Source: Candidatus Pelagibacter ubique HTCC1062 (GTDB taxonomy: Bacteria > Pseudomonadota > Alphaproteobacteria > Pelagibacterales > Pelagibacteraceae). Taken from it: DNA of 32,000 nucleotides. The notes under the pieces were generated by a model. It ran no database searches and was not told where the DNA came from. It saw nothing but the letters and a program-made list of their open reading frames with translations. The stretch's first letter is position 1. Every line of letters starts with the position of its first letter. Positions 17,557 through 26,429 of the stretch are shown piece by piece. The position numbers were made by a program, and so were the translations under genes. The stretch is from the NCBI RefSeq assembly GCF_000012345.1, contig NC_007205.1, forward strand, positions 1-32,000, in the 5' to 3' direction.

Positions 17557-19569
17557 CATTTTTAACCATTCTGTCTGATTAATAATTTTTATATTCCACT
17601 CCTTAGCTGTGTTTATTTTTTTTAGAGTTGGTTTGTCTCCAGCAATTAAATAATCAAGTTTTTTATTAACGTTACTAATTATTTTTCCTGAATTTTGTTC
17701 TATCAATGATTTTGCCTCCGCCCTACTTATTCCATTTAACTTCCCAGTTAACATAAAAGTTTTATTTTTCAACAATCCATTATTATTAATTAAAATTACA
17801 TCTTTGATTAATAAATTTTTTTCTAACTCAGACAGCACTTTAAGATTAGTTTTATTTAGAAAAAATTTTTTAATGGATTGAATTTGAGTTATTCCAATTC
17901 CATCAATATTAGATAAACTTTCAATATTCTTTTCACCTGATAATCTAAAAAAATTAGATGCTGTTTTAAGGTGTCTTGCAATAAGCTTAGCATTTTCTTG
18001 TCCAATATGTCTTATTCCTAATGAATAAATAAATCGCTCTAGAGAAATATTTTTTTTTTCTTCAATTGAGAATCTTAAATTAGCAACTGATAATTTTCCC
18101 CATCCTTCGAGTTCTTCTATTTTATTATAATTAAGCTTAAATATATCCTGTGGAAGTCTTACTAATTTTAGATTCCAAAAATTTTCAACAATTTTCTTGC
18201 CAAATCCGTCTATGTTAAATGCGTCCTTAGAAACAAAATGTTTAATTCTCTCTATGGCAATTTTTTCACATTCAAACCCCTCACTAGCACACCTTCTTAC
18301 AGCATCCTGTCTTTTAGTTGTCTCATTATAATCTTTAATTGTTTTGCTTCCACACGATGGGCACTTTAATGGAAAAATAAATTTCTTTGAATTTTGTTTT
18401 CTTTTTTTTAAATCTACTGAAACTACATGTGGAATTACATCTCCAGCTCTTTCAACAGTGACCGTATCCCCTACTCTTATATCTTTTCTAACAATTTCAT
18501 CTTCATTGTGAAGCGTTGCATTTGAAACAATTACTCCCCCTATATTAACTGGTTTAATTTTTGCAACCGGGGTAAGTGCCCCCGTTCTACCAATTTGTAT
18601 TTCAATATTCATTATTTCTGAAATTGAGCTATTAGCTGAAAACTTATGTGCTATCGCCCATCTTGGTGCATTAGCAGCAAAACCCAGTCTTTTTTGTAAA
18701 TCAAAATCATTAACTTTATAAACAATTCCATCTATATCAAATGCCAGCTCTTTTCTTTTTTCCTCTAATTCTTTATGATTTAACATTAAATTTTTAACCC
18801 CAATAATTTTTTTATTAAATGGGTTTGTTTTAAACCCCCATAATTTTAAATTTTCTAAGAAACTTGTTTGATTTTTGATATTCATTTTTTTTTCATAACC
18901 ATATGTGTAAGCAATAAATTTTAATGGAATTTTTGCAGTTATTAATGAATTTTTTTGTCTTAATGATCCAGAAGCAGCATTTCTAGGGTTTGCAAATTTG
19001 TCTTTAATTTTTTTAAAATCATTATTTTCTATAAAAACTTCACCTCTAATATCTATTTCTTTAGGGAAGTTACTCTTAGTAATCTCTAAAGGTATATCCT
19101 TAATGGTTTTTAAATTTTGTGTAATATCCTCTCCTTCATTACCATCTCCTCTAGAAAGCCCTTTGGTTAATTTTCCATCAATATAAATTAGGGATGCAGA
19201 TATTCCATCAATTTTTGGTTCAGCACTATATTCGATAGTATTTACATCTTTTAAACTTAAGAAATTAATTATTTTTTTTTCAAAATTTTTTAAGTCTTCT
19301 TCATTAAAAGCATTTCCAAGCGACAACATCGGAACTTTATGTTTTATTTTTTGAAAGTTTTTTGATGGTTTAAATCCTATGGATTTAGTGGGAGAATATT
19401 CACTTTTTAAAAATTTATATTTTCTCTCTAAATCTATTATATCTTTTTTTAAAAGATCAAATTCTTGATCTGATACGATAGGTTTGTTTTTATCATAATA
19501 ATGCTTGTTATGTCTCTGAAATAAATCAATTTTTTTTAAGTATTCAATTTCAAGATCTTTATCATTCAT
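17539..19569 (-). CDS. ligA: NAD-dependent DNA ligase
   Basis: 676 aa. The adenylation motif is EPKIDGIS. A four-Cys zinc finger (CPSCGS...C...C), an HhH region and a C-terminal BRCT-like segment (FMLTGKL...) are present. Confidence 0.93.
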   Translation of the reverse strand: MNDKDLEIEYLKKIDLFQRHNKHYYDKNKPIVSDQEFDLLKKDIIDLERKYKFLKSEYSPTKSIGFKPSKNFQKIKHKVPMLSLGNAFNEEDLKNFEKKIINFLSLKDVNTIEYSAEPKIDGISASLIYIDGKLTKGLSRGDGNEGEDITQNLKTIKDIPLEITKSNFPKEIDIRGEVFIENNDFKKIKDKFANPRNAASGSLRQKNSLITAKIPLKFIAYTYGYEKKMNIKNQTSFLENLKLWGFKTNPFNKKIIGVKNLMLNHKELEEKRKELAFDIDGIVYKVNDFDLQKRLGFAANAPRWAIAHKFSANSSISEIMNIEIQIGRTGALTPVAKIKPVNIGGVIVSNATLHNEDEIVRKDIRVGDTVTVERAGDVIPHVVSVDLKKRKQNSKKFIFPLKCPSCGSKTIKDYNETTKRQDAVRRCASEGFECEKIAIERIKHFVSKDAFNIDGFGKKIVENFWNLKLVRLPQDIFKLNYNKIEELEGWGKLSVANLRFSIEEKKNISLERFIYSLGIRHIGQENAKLIARHLKTASNFFRLSGEKNIESLSNIDGIGITQIQSIKKFFLNKTNLKVLSELEKNLLIKDVILINNNGLLKNKTFMLTGKLNGISRAEAKSLIEQNSGKIISNVNKKLDYLIAGDKPTLKKINTAKEWNIKIINQTEWLKMLNKSG

Positions 19570-19570
19570 T

Positions 19571-20419
19571 TTACTCGAACAATCCCTTAAATCTTTTTAT
19601 TAAACCTATCTTTTTCTTTTTATCTTTTTGTAATTCTTTTACACCATCTCTATAATCTTTATTAAATACTTTGTAAGAATTTTTATACCAATCAGAAGAT
19701 TGGTAATTGTATCCTAAAGTGCTTGCATATTTTTTTGACTCATTAATTAATCCAAGTCTATAATTAATTTCAACCAGTCTATGAAGAGCTTCCTCTGTAT
19801 AAATGGTTGTATTGTAATCTTTAACAACTGTTTTAAATCGATTAAGTGCTGGAATCCACTTAGTTTTTTTTAGATAATATCTAGCTATGTACATCTCTTT
19901 TGCTGCTAAAATTTCATTAATTAAATCTATTTTAAATTTAGCATCCATGGCAAATTCTGTACTAGGATAATCTCTAATTATAGTTTCAAATTGCTCCTTA
20001 GAATCTAATATTGATTTTAAGTCTTTTTTTTCATCAACTATTTGTTCATAAAAACTCATACCTAGAAGAAAATGTGCATAAACTTTATCTTTATGATTTG
20101 GATATGTTACTAAATATCTTTCTAACTCAAAAATTGCATCACTGTAATAATATTGAGTATAGTATGCATAAGCTGCCATAATTGCAGATTTTGCAGCCCA
20201 GGGTGACTGTGGAAATAACAACTCAGCCTCATTAAATTTTTTAGCTGCTAATAAAACATCTCCTCTTTGAAGTTCAAAATAACCCTCTTTGTATGCATCT
20301 GACATCTGCATTTCCATATCCACTTCTACAATTTCAGATATTTTTTTTGTTTTATCTCCACAAGACCAAATAAAGGTAAAAGTGATTAAAAGAAGTATAA
20401 TTTTTAATTTTGAAAGCAT
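19571..20419 (-). CDS. bamD: Outer-membrane protein assembly factor BamD (YfiO/ComL), TPR lipoprotein
   Basis: 282 aa. A signal peptide with lipobox (FIWS-C-G) is followed by TPR-like repeats. Its position between lpxC and ligA is typical of Alphaproteobacteria. Confidence 0.8.
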   Translation of the reverse strand: MLSKLKIILLLITFTFIWSCGDKTKKISEIVEVDMEMQMSDAYKEGYFELQRGDVLLAAKKFNEAELLFPQSPWAAKSAIMAAYAYYTQYYYSDAIFELERYLVTYPNHKDKVYAHFLLGMSFYEQIVDEKKDLKSILDSKEQFETIIRDYPSTEFAMDAKFKIDLINEILAAKEMYIARYYLKKTKWIPALNRFKTVVKDYNTTIYTEEALHRLVEINYRLGLINESKKYASTLGYNYQSSDWYKNSYKVFNKDYRDGVKELQKDKKKKIGLIKRFKGLFE

Positions 20420-20457
20420 GGTCTTATTCTAACAGATTATGAATAAAACTCTATTTT

Positions 20458-21378
20458 TTAAGCAATAGATCTTAGGTGACTCTTATTTATGAAGGTATTT
20501 GGCAAATGTTTTTCTGTAATCTCTATTAATGAAAAATTTTCGTCTTGTTGAAAAACTTTTCTCAATAATTGGTTAGTTAATTTATGCCCTCCTTGAGAAC
20601 AAATAATTTTTCCAATTATTTTATAACCTGCTAGATATAAATCTCCCATACAATCTAAAATCTTATGGTTTACAAATTCTTTTTTATTTCTAAGACCTTT
20701 TTCATTTAAAATTTCATTGTCCTTAACAACTATTGCATTTTCAAGACTTCCTCCTTGAGCTAATCCCATTTCTTTTAGCTTTGCAATATCCTCAAAAAGA
20801 CAGAAGGTTCTTGAATTATAAATATCAGTCAAATCTGACTCGAATACACTTACTAAATTTCTTTGCGTTCCAATTAAATTATTTTCATATTTTAGTTCAA
20901 AATCTATATCCAAACTAACTTTGCTTGGCTCTATAGAAATTGTTTTTTTACCATCATTAAATTCAATTCTTTTTTCAATTTTAATAATCTTTATTGGCGC
21001 TTCACTACTTTTTATTCCAGCTTTTGATATTTCTTCAATAAAAATTTTTGCTGACCCATCAAGAATTGGTACTTCCTGATTATCAATCTCTACTAGGACA
21101 TTATCAATTCCTAAACCATATAATGCTCCCATTAAATGCTCTATTGTTGAAATACTAACCCCACTTTCATTTGCTATGGTTGTACAAAATACTGCACTAC
21201 TAACATTAAAAATATTTGGAACTACTATATTATTTTCTTTTAAATCAACTCTTTTAAAAAGGATTCCCGAATTTGGTTTTGCTGGCTTAACCGTCATAGT
21301 TACATTTGCTCCACTATGAAGCCCAACGCCTTTAAAAATAATATCTCTATTGATAGTTTTTTGATTAAGAACAGACAT
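20458..21378 (-). CDS. lpxC: UDP-3-O-acyl-N-acetylglucosamine deacetylase
   Basis: 306 aa. Diagnostic segments are GVGLHSG, TIEHLMGALYGLGIDN, PILDGSA and HKILDCMGDLYLAG. Confidence 0.93.
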   Translation of the reverse strand: MSVLNQKTINRDIIFKGVGLHSGANVTMTVKPAKPNSGILFKRVDLKENNIVVPNIFNVSSAVFCTTIANESGVSISTIEHLMGALYGLGIDNVLVEIDNQEVPILDGSAKIFIEEISKAGIKSSEAPIKIIKIEKRIEFNDGKKTISIEPSKVSLDIDFELKYENNLIGTQRNLVSVFESDLTDIYNSRTFCLFEDIAKLKEMGLAQGGSLENAIVVKDNEILNEKGLRNKKEFVNHKILDCMGDLYLAGYKIIGKIICSQGGHKLTNQLLRKVFQQDENFSLIEITEKHLPNTFINKSHLRSIA

Positions 21379-21443
21379 TATTATTCTTATAAATAATTGG
21401 TTTAAATTTAGAAAAACAACAAATGTTACGAGAAAATACTAGT

Positions 21444-22553
21444 CTATTTGAAAAAATGAAAAAGTTTTTCAAAAAAACCTTGTTTTATTTGTTTTTTTGG
21501 CACAACTACAACCTCTTGTTTGTCATACATTTTTCTTAGTTTATACCCAGATTGACAAACATCACCTAGGGTTTCCTCTAAAAAATCAATATCTTTAGAA
21601 AATGAAATTTTATCTTTAAATTTATTATCTAAAATTTTTGATCCTTCTCCCATCAGTATCATCTTAGATTGGGTCTTTACCTTTGCATTTGAGACAAGAG
21701 ATTTATCACATAATTCAAGAATCTCTTCCGTTCTAGCAAAAGCTATTTTTTGTAGCATTTCCAAAGAAAAATTTGGATTATCAGTATGTTCGTTATTTTT
21801 TTCAAAATTTAATTTAAGTTTTTCTGCTTCATTAATATCAATTTTTAAAAGTAGAGAAATATCTTTAGTAATATGGTTTCCACCTATCGGCAGAACGTCC
21901 AAAAAGATTAATTTATCATTATAAAAGGAAATAATTGATGTTTTTTTAAAAGCAATATCAATGAAAGATACCTCTCCTGTTAAATTTAAATTATTTTTAT
22001 AATTAATTGATTTTGCATAACTAGAGCAAATTATTTGATTAATTGATATATTTAATTCTGAAAAAATATTTTTAAATCTAAAGACTAATTCACTTGGAAG
22101 ACAGATAAAAATAATGTCTAGCGATATAAATTGGCAATCGATTTCATCTGGTAACTCAGAATAATCAACATTATCAATTTTATAATTATTTATAATTATG
22201 TGTGCAATATTATAATCTGAATAATATTTTTTTATTTGCTGCTTTGCTTCTTGAATTAAAAATATGATATCATCTTGTCTTAATTTCAGTTCTTCAATTT
22301 TTTTAAATACAGAAATTGCAATAGAAATCGTTTTTGAACTATCTATCATCAAATTTATATTATCAATAAATTCATTTGAGGATTTTTCTAGCGATGCAAT
22401 AACTTTTTGAATATCTGGTTTAAGATTAAATTGCTCTGTATAAAAATTACTCTCAATAAAAAAAGGGTTATTCTTACTTTCTTCATTAAATGCGCCTGCT
22501 CTTATTTTTGAAGAACCACAGTCAATTATTATTTGAAATTTTTTATCACTCAT
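21444..22553 (-). CDS. ftsA: Cell division protein FtsA (short, divergent)
   Basis: 369 aa, directly after ftsQ. The actin-fold phosphate-1 motif is IIIDCGSSKIRAG. The central block VSFIDIAFKKTSIISF...VLPIGGNHITKDIS aligns with E. coli VCVVDIGGGTMDIAVY...VIPYAGNVVTSDIA. The C-terminal amphipathic helix is KQGFFEKLFHFFK. Confidence 0.8.
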   Translation of the reverse strand: MSDKKFQIIIDCGSSKIRAGAFNEESKNNPFFIESNFYTEQFNLKPDIQKVIASLEKSSNEFIDNINLMIDSSKTISIAISVFKKIEELKLRQDDIIFLIQEAKQQIKKYYSDYNIAHIIINNYKIDNVDYSELPDEIDCQFISLDIIFICLPSELVFRFKNIFSELNISINQIICSSYAKSINYKNNLNLTGEVSFIDIAFKKTSIISFYNDKLIFLDVLPIGGNHITKDISLLLKIDINEAEKLKLNFEKNNEHTDNPNFSLEMLQKIAFARTEEILELCDKSLVSNAKVKTQSKMILMGEGSKILDNKFKDKISFSKDIDFLEETLGDVCQSGYKLRKMYDKQEVVVVPKKQIKQGFFEKLFHFFK

Positions 22554-23230
22554 TACTTAGCAACTAAATGACTTTTAATTCTCAAATCAATAAATTTAAA
22601 ATCTTTAAAATTATCATTATTGATAAGTTCCTTAGATAAGTTTAATGACGCTACAATATGTTCTTGTGGTAGCTTAATCAAAATATCCTTATCAGTTAAA
22701 ATATCCCATCTACCTGATGGGAAAAAAGATAATTCTTTTAAATTTGAAAAAGACCACATAGATTTTTCAATATTTTTTTTAAATGATAAAAAATCTTGAG
22801 AATTAAATTCACCAAAAATGTATGGGAGTAGTTCGTTGTTACTTTTATCTTCAATTAACTTACCATTGGCACCTACTAGATATTGACTATTATTAGAAAC
22901 TCGAGCAATTAATTTAGTTGGTTTAATTTTAATGTTAAGTGTTGATGGGTAAATTTTTTTTATATTAAACTCTTGTATAATATTATGTTTTTCTAAAATT
23001 TTTATTATTTCTTCCTCATTAATGACAAATATACTTTTGTATAAAAGGTTATTAAGGTTATCTAAGATCTCCAAATTTTTTCTCTCAGAAAGACCTGTAA
23101 TGTTTATTTTAGTTATTGATGAAGATAATTTTTTTTGATCGTTAATAAATTTTGCACTAGTAGTGCTTAAAATGAATAAAAATAATAAATAAATTATTAT
23201 TTTATTTTTTTTACCTATTGATTGATGCAT
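22553..23230 (-). CDS. ftsQ: Cell division protein FtsQ (POTRA plus beta domain)
   Basis: 225 aa with a short cytoplasmic tail, one TM helix (IIIYLLFLFILS) and a POTRA-like segment (INITGLSERKNLEILDNL). It lies between ddl and ftsA. Confidence 0.8.
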   Translation of the reverse strand: MHQSIGKKNKIIIYLLFLFILSTTSAKFINDQKKLSSSITKINITGLSERKNLEILDNLNNLLYKSIFVINEEEIIKILEKHNIIQEFNIKKIYPSTLNIKIKPTKLIARVSNNSQYLVGANGKLIEDKSNNELLPYIFGEFNSQDFLSFKKNIEKSMWSFSNLKELSFFPSGRWDILTDKDILIKLPQEHIVASLNLSKELINNDNFKDFKFIDLRIKSHLVAK

Positions 23231-24125
23231 CTTTTAAAATCCATTCAATTAATTTTATAAAGCTTATACCCTTATGTTTTGCAATCTCAGGGACTAATGA
23301 AAGTTTAGTCATTCCAGGCTGAGTATTAATCTCTAACAAATAAAACTTCCCATTAAAAAATTTAAAGTCAGATCTTGTAACACCTTTACAACCTATAATT
23401 TTATGAGCTGCTCTTGCTATGCCAGTAATTTTAGCAAGATTATTTTTACTCAAATCTACAGGAATTAAGTGCTTAGTCTTAGCACTAGAATTATATTTTG
23501 CCTCATAATCATAAAACTTTCTTCTAGGCTCAAGTTCAATTGCACCAAGTGATTTATTATTCATTATTGCAACTTGGATTTCTCTACCTGGTATAAATTC
23601 CTCAATTAATATTTCATTATAACTTTTTAATACTTTTAAGTTTTTTAATATATTGGTCTTGTCACAAATATATACATGAACGCTAGACCCTTCATTTATA
23701 GGTTTTACTACTACAGGGAATTTTAAATTTTTTTCAATTAATTTTATAATGTTAAGTTTATTTTTTTTATGATTAAATTTAATATATTTCGGAGTTAGTA
23801 TTTTATTTTTTATAAAAATTTTTTTTGAAATTTCTTTATCCATTGCTATTGATGATGCAATTACACCTGAGTGTGTGTATGGAATTTTTTTAGTCTCTAA
23901 AATTGCTTGAATGTATCCATCCTCACCAAATTGTCCATGTAGCGCATTAAAAATAACATCTGGTTTAAATGAAGTGATATTCTTTGAAAGATTTTTATCA
24001 GGCTCACTAATTAAAACCTTATATCCATTTTTAATTAACTCTTTGGCAACTTGCTTTCCAGTATCTAAGCTAATTAACCTTTCCTTAGATATACCACCAG
24101 ATAATATTAAGATTTTTTTTGTCAT
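23211..24125 (-). CDS. ddl: D-alanine--D-alanine ligase
   Basis: 304 aa, ATP-grasp fold. Diagnostic segments are ILSGGISKER, ALHGQFGEDG, VVKPINEGSS and LEINTQPGMT. Confidence 0.92.
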   Translation of the reverse strand: MTKKILILSGGISKERLISLDTGKQVAKELIKNGYKVLISEPDKNLSKNITSFKPDVIFNALHGQFGEDGYIQAILETKKIPYTHSGVIASSIAMDKEISKKIFIKNKILTPKYIKFNHKKNKLNIIKLIEKNLKFPVVVKPINEGSSVHVYICDKTNILKNLKVLKSYNEILIEEFIPGREIQVAIMNNKSLGAIELEPRRKFYDYEAKYNSSAKTKHLIPVDLSKNNLAKITGIARAAHKIIGCKGVTRSDFKFFNGKFYLLEINTQPGMTKLSLVPEIAKHKGISFIKLIEWILKDASINR

Positions 24126-24126
24126 T

Positions 24127-25065
24127 TTATTTTAAAATTTTAATTTCTTTTTCTAGCACTATTCCAGTTTTTTTTTCCACACTTATCTTAACAAATTCAA
24201 TCAATTTATTCATATCCTCAAAACTAGCATTATTTTTATTTACAAAAAAATTACAGTGCTTATTTGAAATATGAGCATCCCCAAAGCTTATATCTAGTGG
24301 TACAGAATCTTTTATCAGCTTCCAGACCTTTTTATCAGTTTGATCAATTGGATTCTTGAATGTACTACCACTTGTTTTTAATTTTGTTGGTTGTGCTTTA
24401 TCTTTCTTTTTCTTTAATTCTAAAACTTCGTTTTCTATTTCTTCTTTATTTTTTTTTGTTCCTTTAAAAGATGCACTTAAAAAAATTAAGTCCTCTTTTA
24501 AATCATTGCTTCGGTATTTAAATATAACTTTACTCGCTGGTATTGTAAAAACCTGTCCATTTTTATCAATTGCTTGGATTGATACTAGCACATCTTTAAA
24601 CTCTTTATTAAAGCATCCAGCATTCATCTTTAATCCACCACCTATAGTACCAGGTATGCATGCTAAAAATTCAAATCCACCTATTCCATTATTCAGTGCA
24701 AAATCAGAAAGCTTTTTATCAAGACAGGCACTGCCAGCTATAATGACATCATTTGGTAATATAGAGATGTTGGAAAAATTTTTTCCTAGTTTGATAACAA
24801 CACCATCAAATTTTTCATCACTTATAAGAGTATTCGAACCTGCACCTAAAATATGTATTTTTTCTTTTTCTCCAAATTTTTTTAAAAACAAAATTAAGTC
24901 AGGTAAATTATCTGGTCTAAAGTAAACTTTAGTTTGTCCACCAATATTAAACCAATTGCTCTTTTTTAAATCATAATCAAAGTTAATTTTACTACTAATT
25001 TCATTAGAAAATTTTCTTATTTCTTCAATGCTCATTAGATCAATTCTGGTAATTGTCTCATCCAT
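24127..25065 (-). CDS. murB: UDP-N-acetylenolpyruvoylglucosamine reductase. An alternative start at Met11 (25035) would give a TAATG junction with murC.
   Basis: 312 aa. An FAD-binding PCMH domain is present (NWFNIGGQTKVYF, LGAGSNTL). The catalytic region contains GSTFKNP. Confidence 0.9.
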   Translation of the reverse strand: MDETITRIDLMSIEEIRKFSNEISSKINFDYDLKKSNWFNIGGQTKVYFRPDNLPDLILFLKKFGEKEKIHILGAGSNTLISDEKFDGVVIKLGKNFSNISILPNDVIIAGSACLDKKLSDFALNNGIGGFEFLACIPGTIGGGLKMNAGCFNKEFKDVLVSIQAIDKNGQVFTIPASKVIFKYRSNDLKEDLIFLSASFKGTKKNKEEIENEVLELKKKKDKAQPTKLKTSGSTFKNPIDQTDKKVWKLIKDSVPLDISFGDAHISNKHCNFFVNKNNASFEDMNKLIEFVKISVEKKTGIVLEKEIKILK

Positions 25066-26429
25066 GCTGAAATTGTACCAGCACCCATACCAACAACTAT
25101 CTTTTTGCCAAAAATAGTATTTTTAATAAATTTTGCTAACTGGTACTGATCTTCAACCATAAACAATCTTACTTTTGAATTTTTAACAATATCTTTTGCA
25201 AAATTATTATATTTAAAACCTAATTTTATTTTTTCTCCAGCGGTATAAATAGGGCATAATATTACAACATCAGCTTTTTTAAATGATAAGCTGAATTCTT
25301 TTTTAAGATCTTTTAATCTGGAAATTCTGTGTGGTTGAAATATGCAAATCACTTCTTCATTTTTATAAGCAGCTCGCACACCATTTAATACTTCTCTAAT
25401 TTCAGTTGGATGATGGGCATAATCATCATAAAAATTAGTTTCTCTATGTGTAAAAATTTTATTAAATCTTCTTTGAACACCCTTAAATTCTTTTAATCCT
25501 TTTTTGATTATATTTTGTGATATTCCTATTGTTACTGCCACAGCAATTGCTGCTGTAGAGTTTCTAATATTGTGAATTCCTAATAATGGTAATTTAATTT
25601 TTCTTATAGTTAAATTCTTTTTTCCTGGCAAATTTATAGCTAAATCATATTGAGAATATTCTTTTTCTTGTTTTATATTCTTAATATAGAAATTTGATTT
25701 ATTATCAGTTCCATATGTATAATAATTCTTCATTTTTAATTTACTTAATAAATCTTTATTGTTCTTGTCATCTATACAAATAAAAGACTTCCCAAACGAA
25801 GGGACCTTATTGATAAATTTTATAAATAATTCTTTAAGATCTTTCATTGAATTATAAAAATCCATATGCTCACGATCAATATTTGTTACTATAGAATAAG
25901 TTGGTGGCACATGTATAAAACTACCATCTGACTCATCAGCTTCTAATATACACCAATCACTTTTACCTAGTTTTGCAGAATTTTTTATTGCATTAAGGAC
26001 ACCTCCATTAATAATTGTTGGGTCCAATTTTGTCTTTGAAAATATTGAGGCTAATAAAGATGTAGTTGTTGTTTTTCCATGTGAACCGGTAACAACTATA
26101 TTTTTTGTTAAAGAGACTATATTTGCCAACATCTCTCCTCTTTTATAAATAGGTAATTGTTTTAGTTTGGCTTCAATTAATTCAGGGTTATTATTTTTAA
26201 TAGCTGACGAAATGACAACAATTGTTGCTTTTGCTATATTTTTTTTAGTATGACTAATTGTAATTTTAATCTTATCTTTTTTTAATCTTTCAATATTTTT
26301 ATTTCCAAGGACGTCACTCCCTTGAACATTAAATCCCATCCTTTTCATAATGAGTGCAAGGCCACTCATTCCAATACCCCCTATACCAACAAAATGTATA
26401 ATTTCAGTTTTAGCTAATTCAATTTTCAT
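25035..26429 (-). CDS. murC: UDP-N-acetylmuramate--L-alanine ligase
   Basis: 464 aa. Diagnostic segments are HFVGIGGIGMSGLA, the Mur ligase P-loop TGSHGKTTTT, and DDYAHHP. Confidence 0.93.
   Translation of the reverse strand: MKIELAKTEIIHFVGIGGIGMSGLALIMKRMGFNVQGSDVLGNKNIERLKKDKIKITISHTKKNIAKATIVVISSAIKNNNPELIEAKLKQLPIYKRGEMLANIVSLTKNIVVTGSHGKTTTTSLLASIFSKTKLDPTIINGGVLNAIKNSAKLGKSDWCILEADESDGSFIHVPPTYSIVTNIDREHMDFYNSMKDLKELFIKFINKVPSFGKSFICIDDKNNKDLLSKLKMKNYYTYGTDNKSNFYIKNIKQEKEYSQYDLAINLPGKKNLTIRKIKLPLLGIHNIRNSTAAIAVAVTIGISQNIIKKGLKEFKGVQRRFNKIFTHRETNFYDDYAHHPTEIREVLNGVRAAYKNEEVICIFQPHRISRLKDLKKEFSLSFKKADVVILCPIYTAGEKIKLGFKYNNFAKDIVKNSKVRLFMVEDQYQLAKFIKNTIFGKKIVVGMGAGTISAWMRQLPELI

Noticed and set aside
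24356-24925. 189-aa plus-strand ORF antisense to murB. This also covers the similar antisense ORFs at 12526..12837, 14101..14316, 14508..14717, 16371..16568, 18998..19186, 20733..20918, 23911..24135, 26350..26544, 27194..27448 and 30054..30296.
   Set aside because: All are fully nested antisense to strongly supported housekeeping genes, have low-complexity hydrophobic or S/L-rich translations and lack motifs. Long antisense ORFs are expected when the sense strand is rich in codons whose complements avoid stops.
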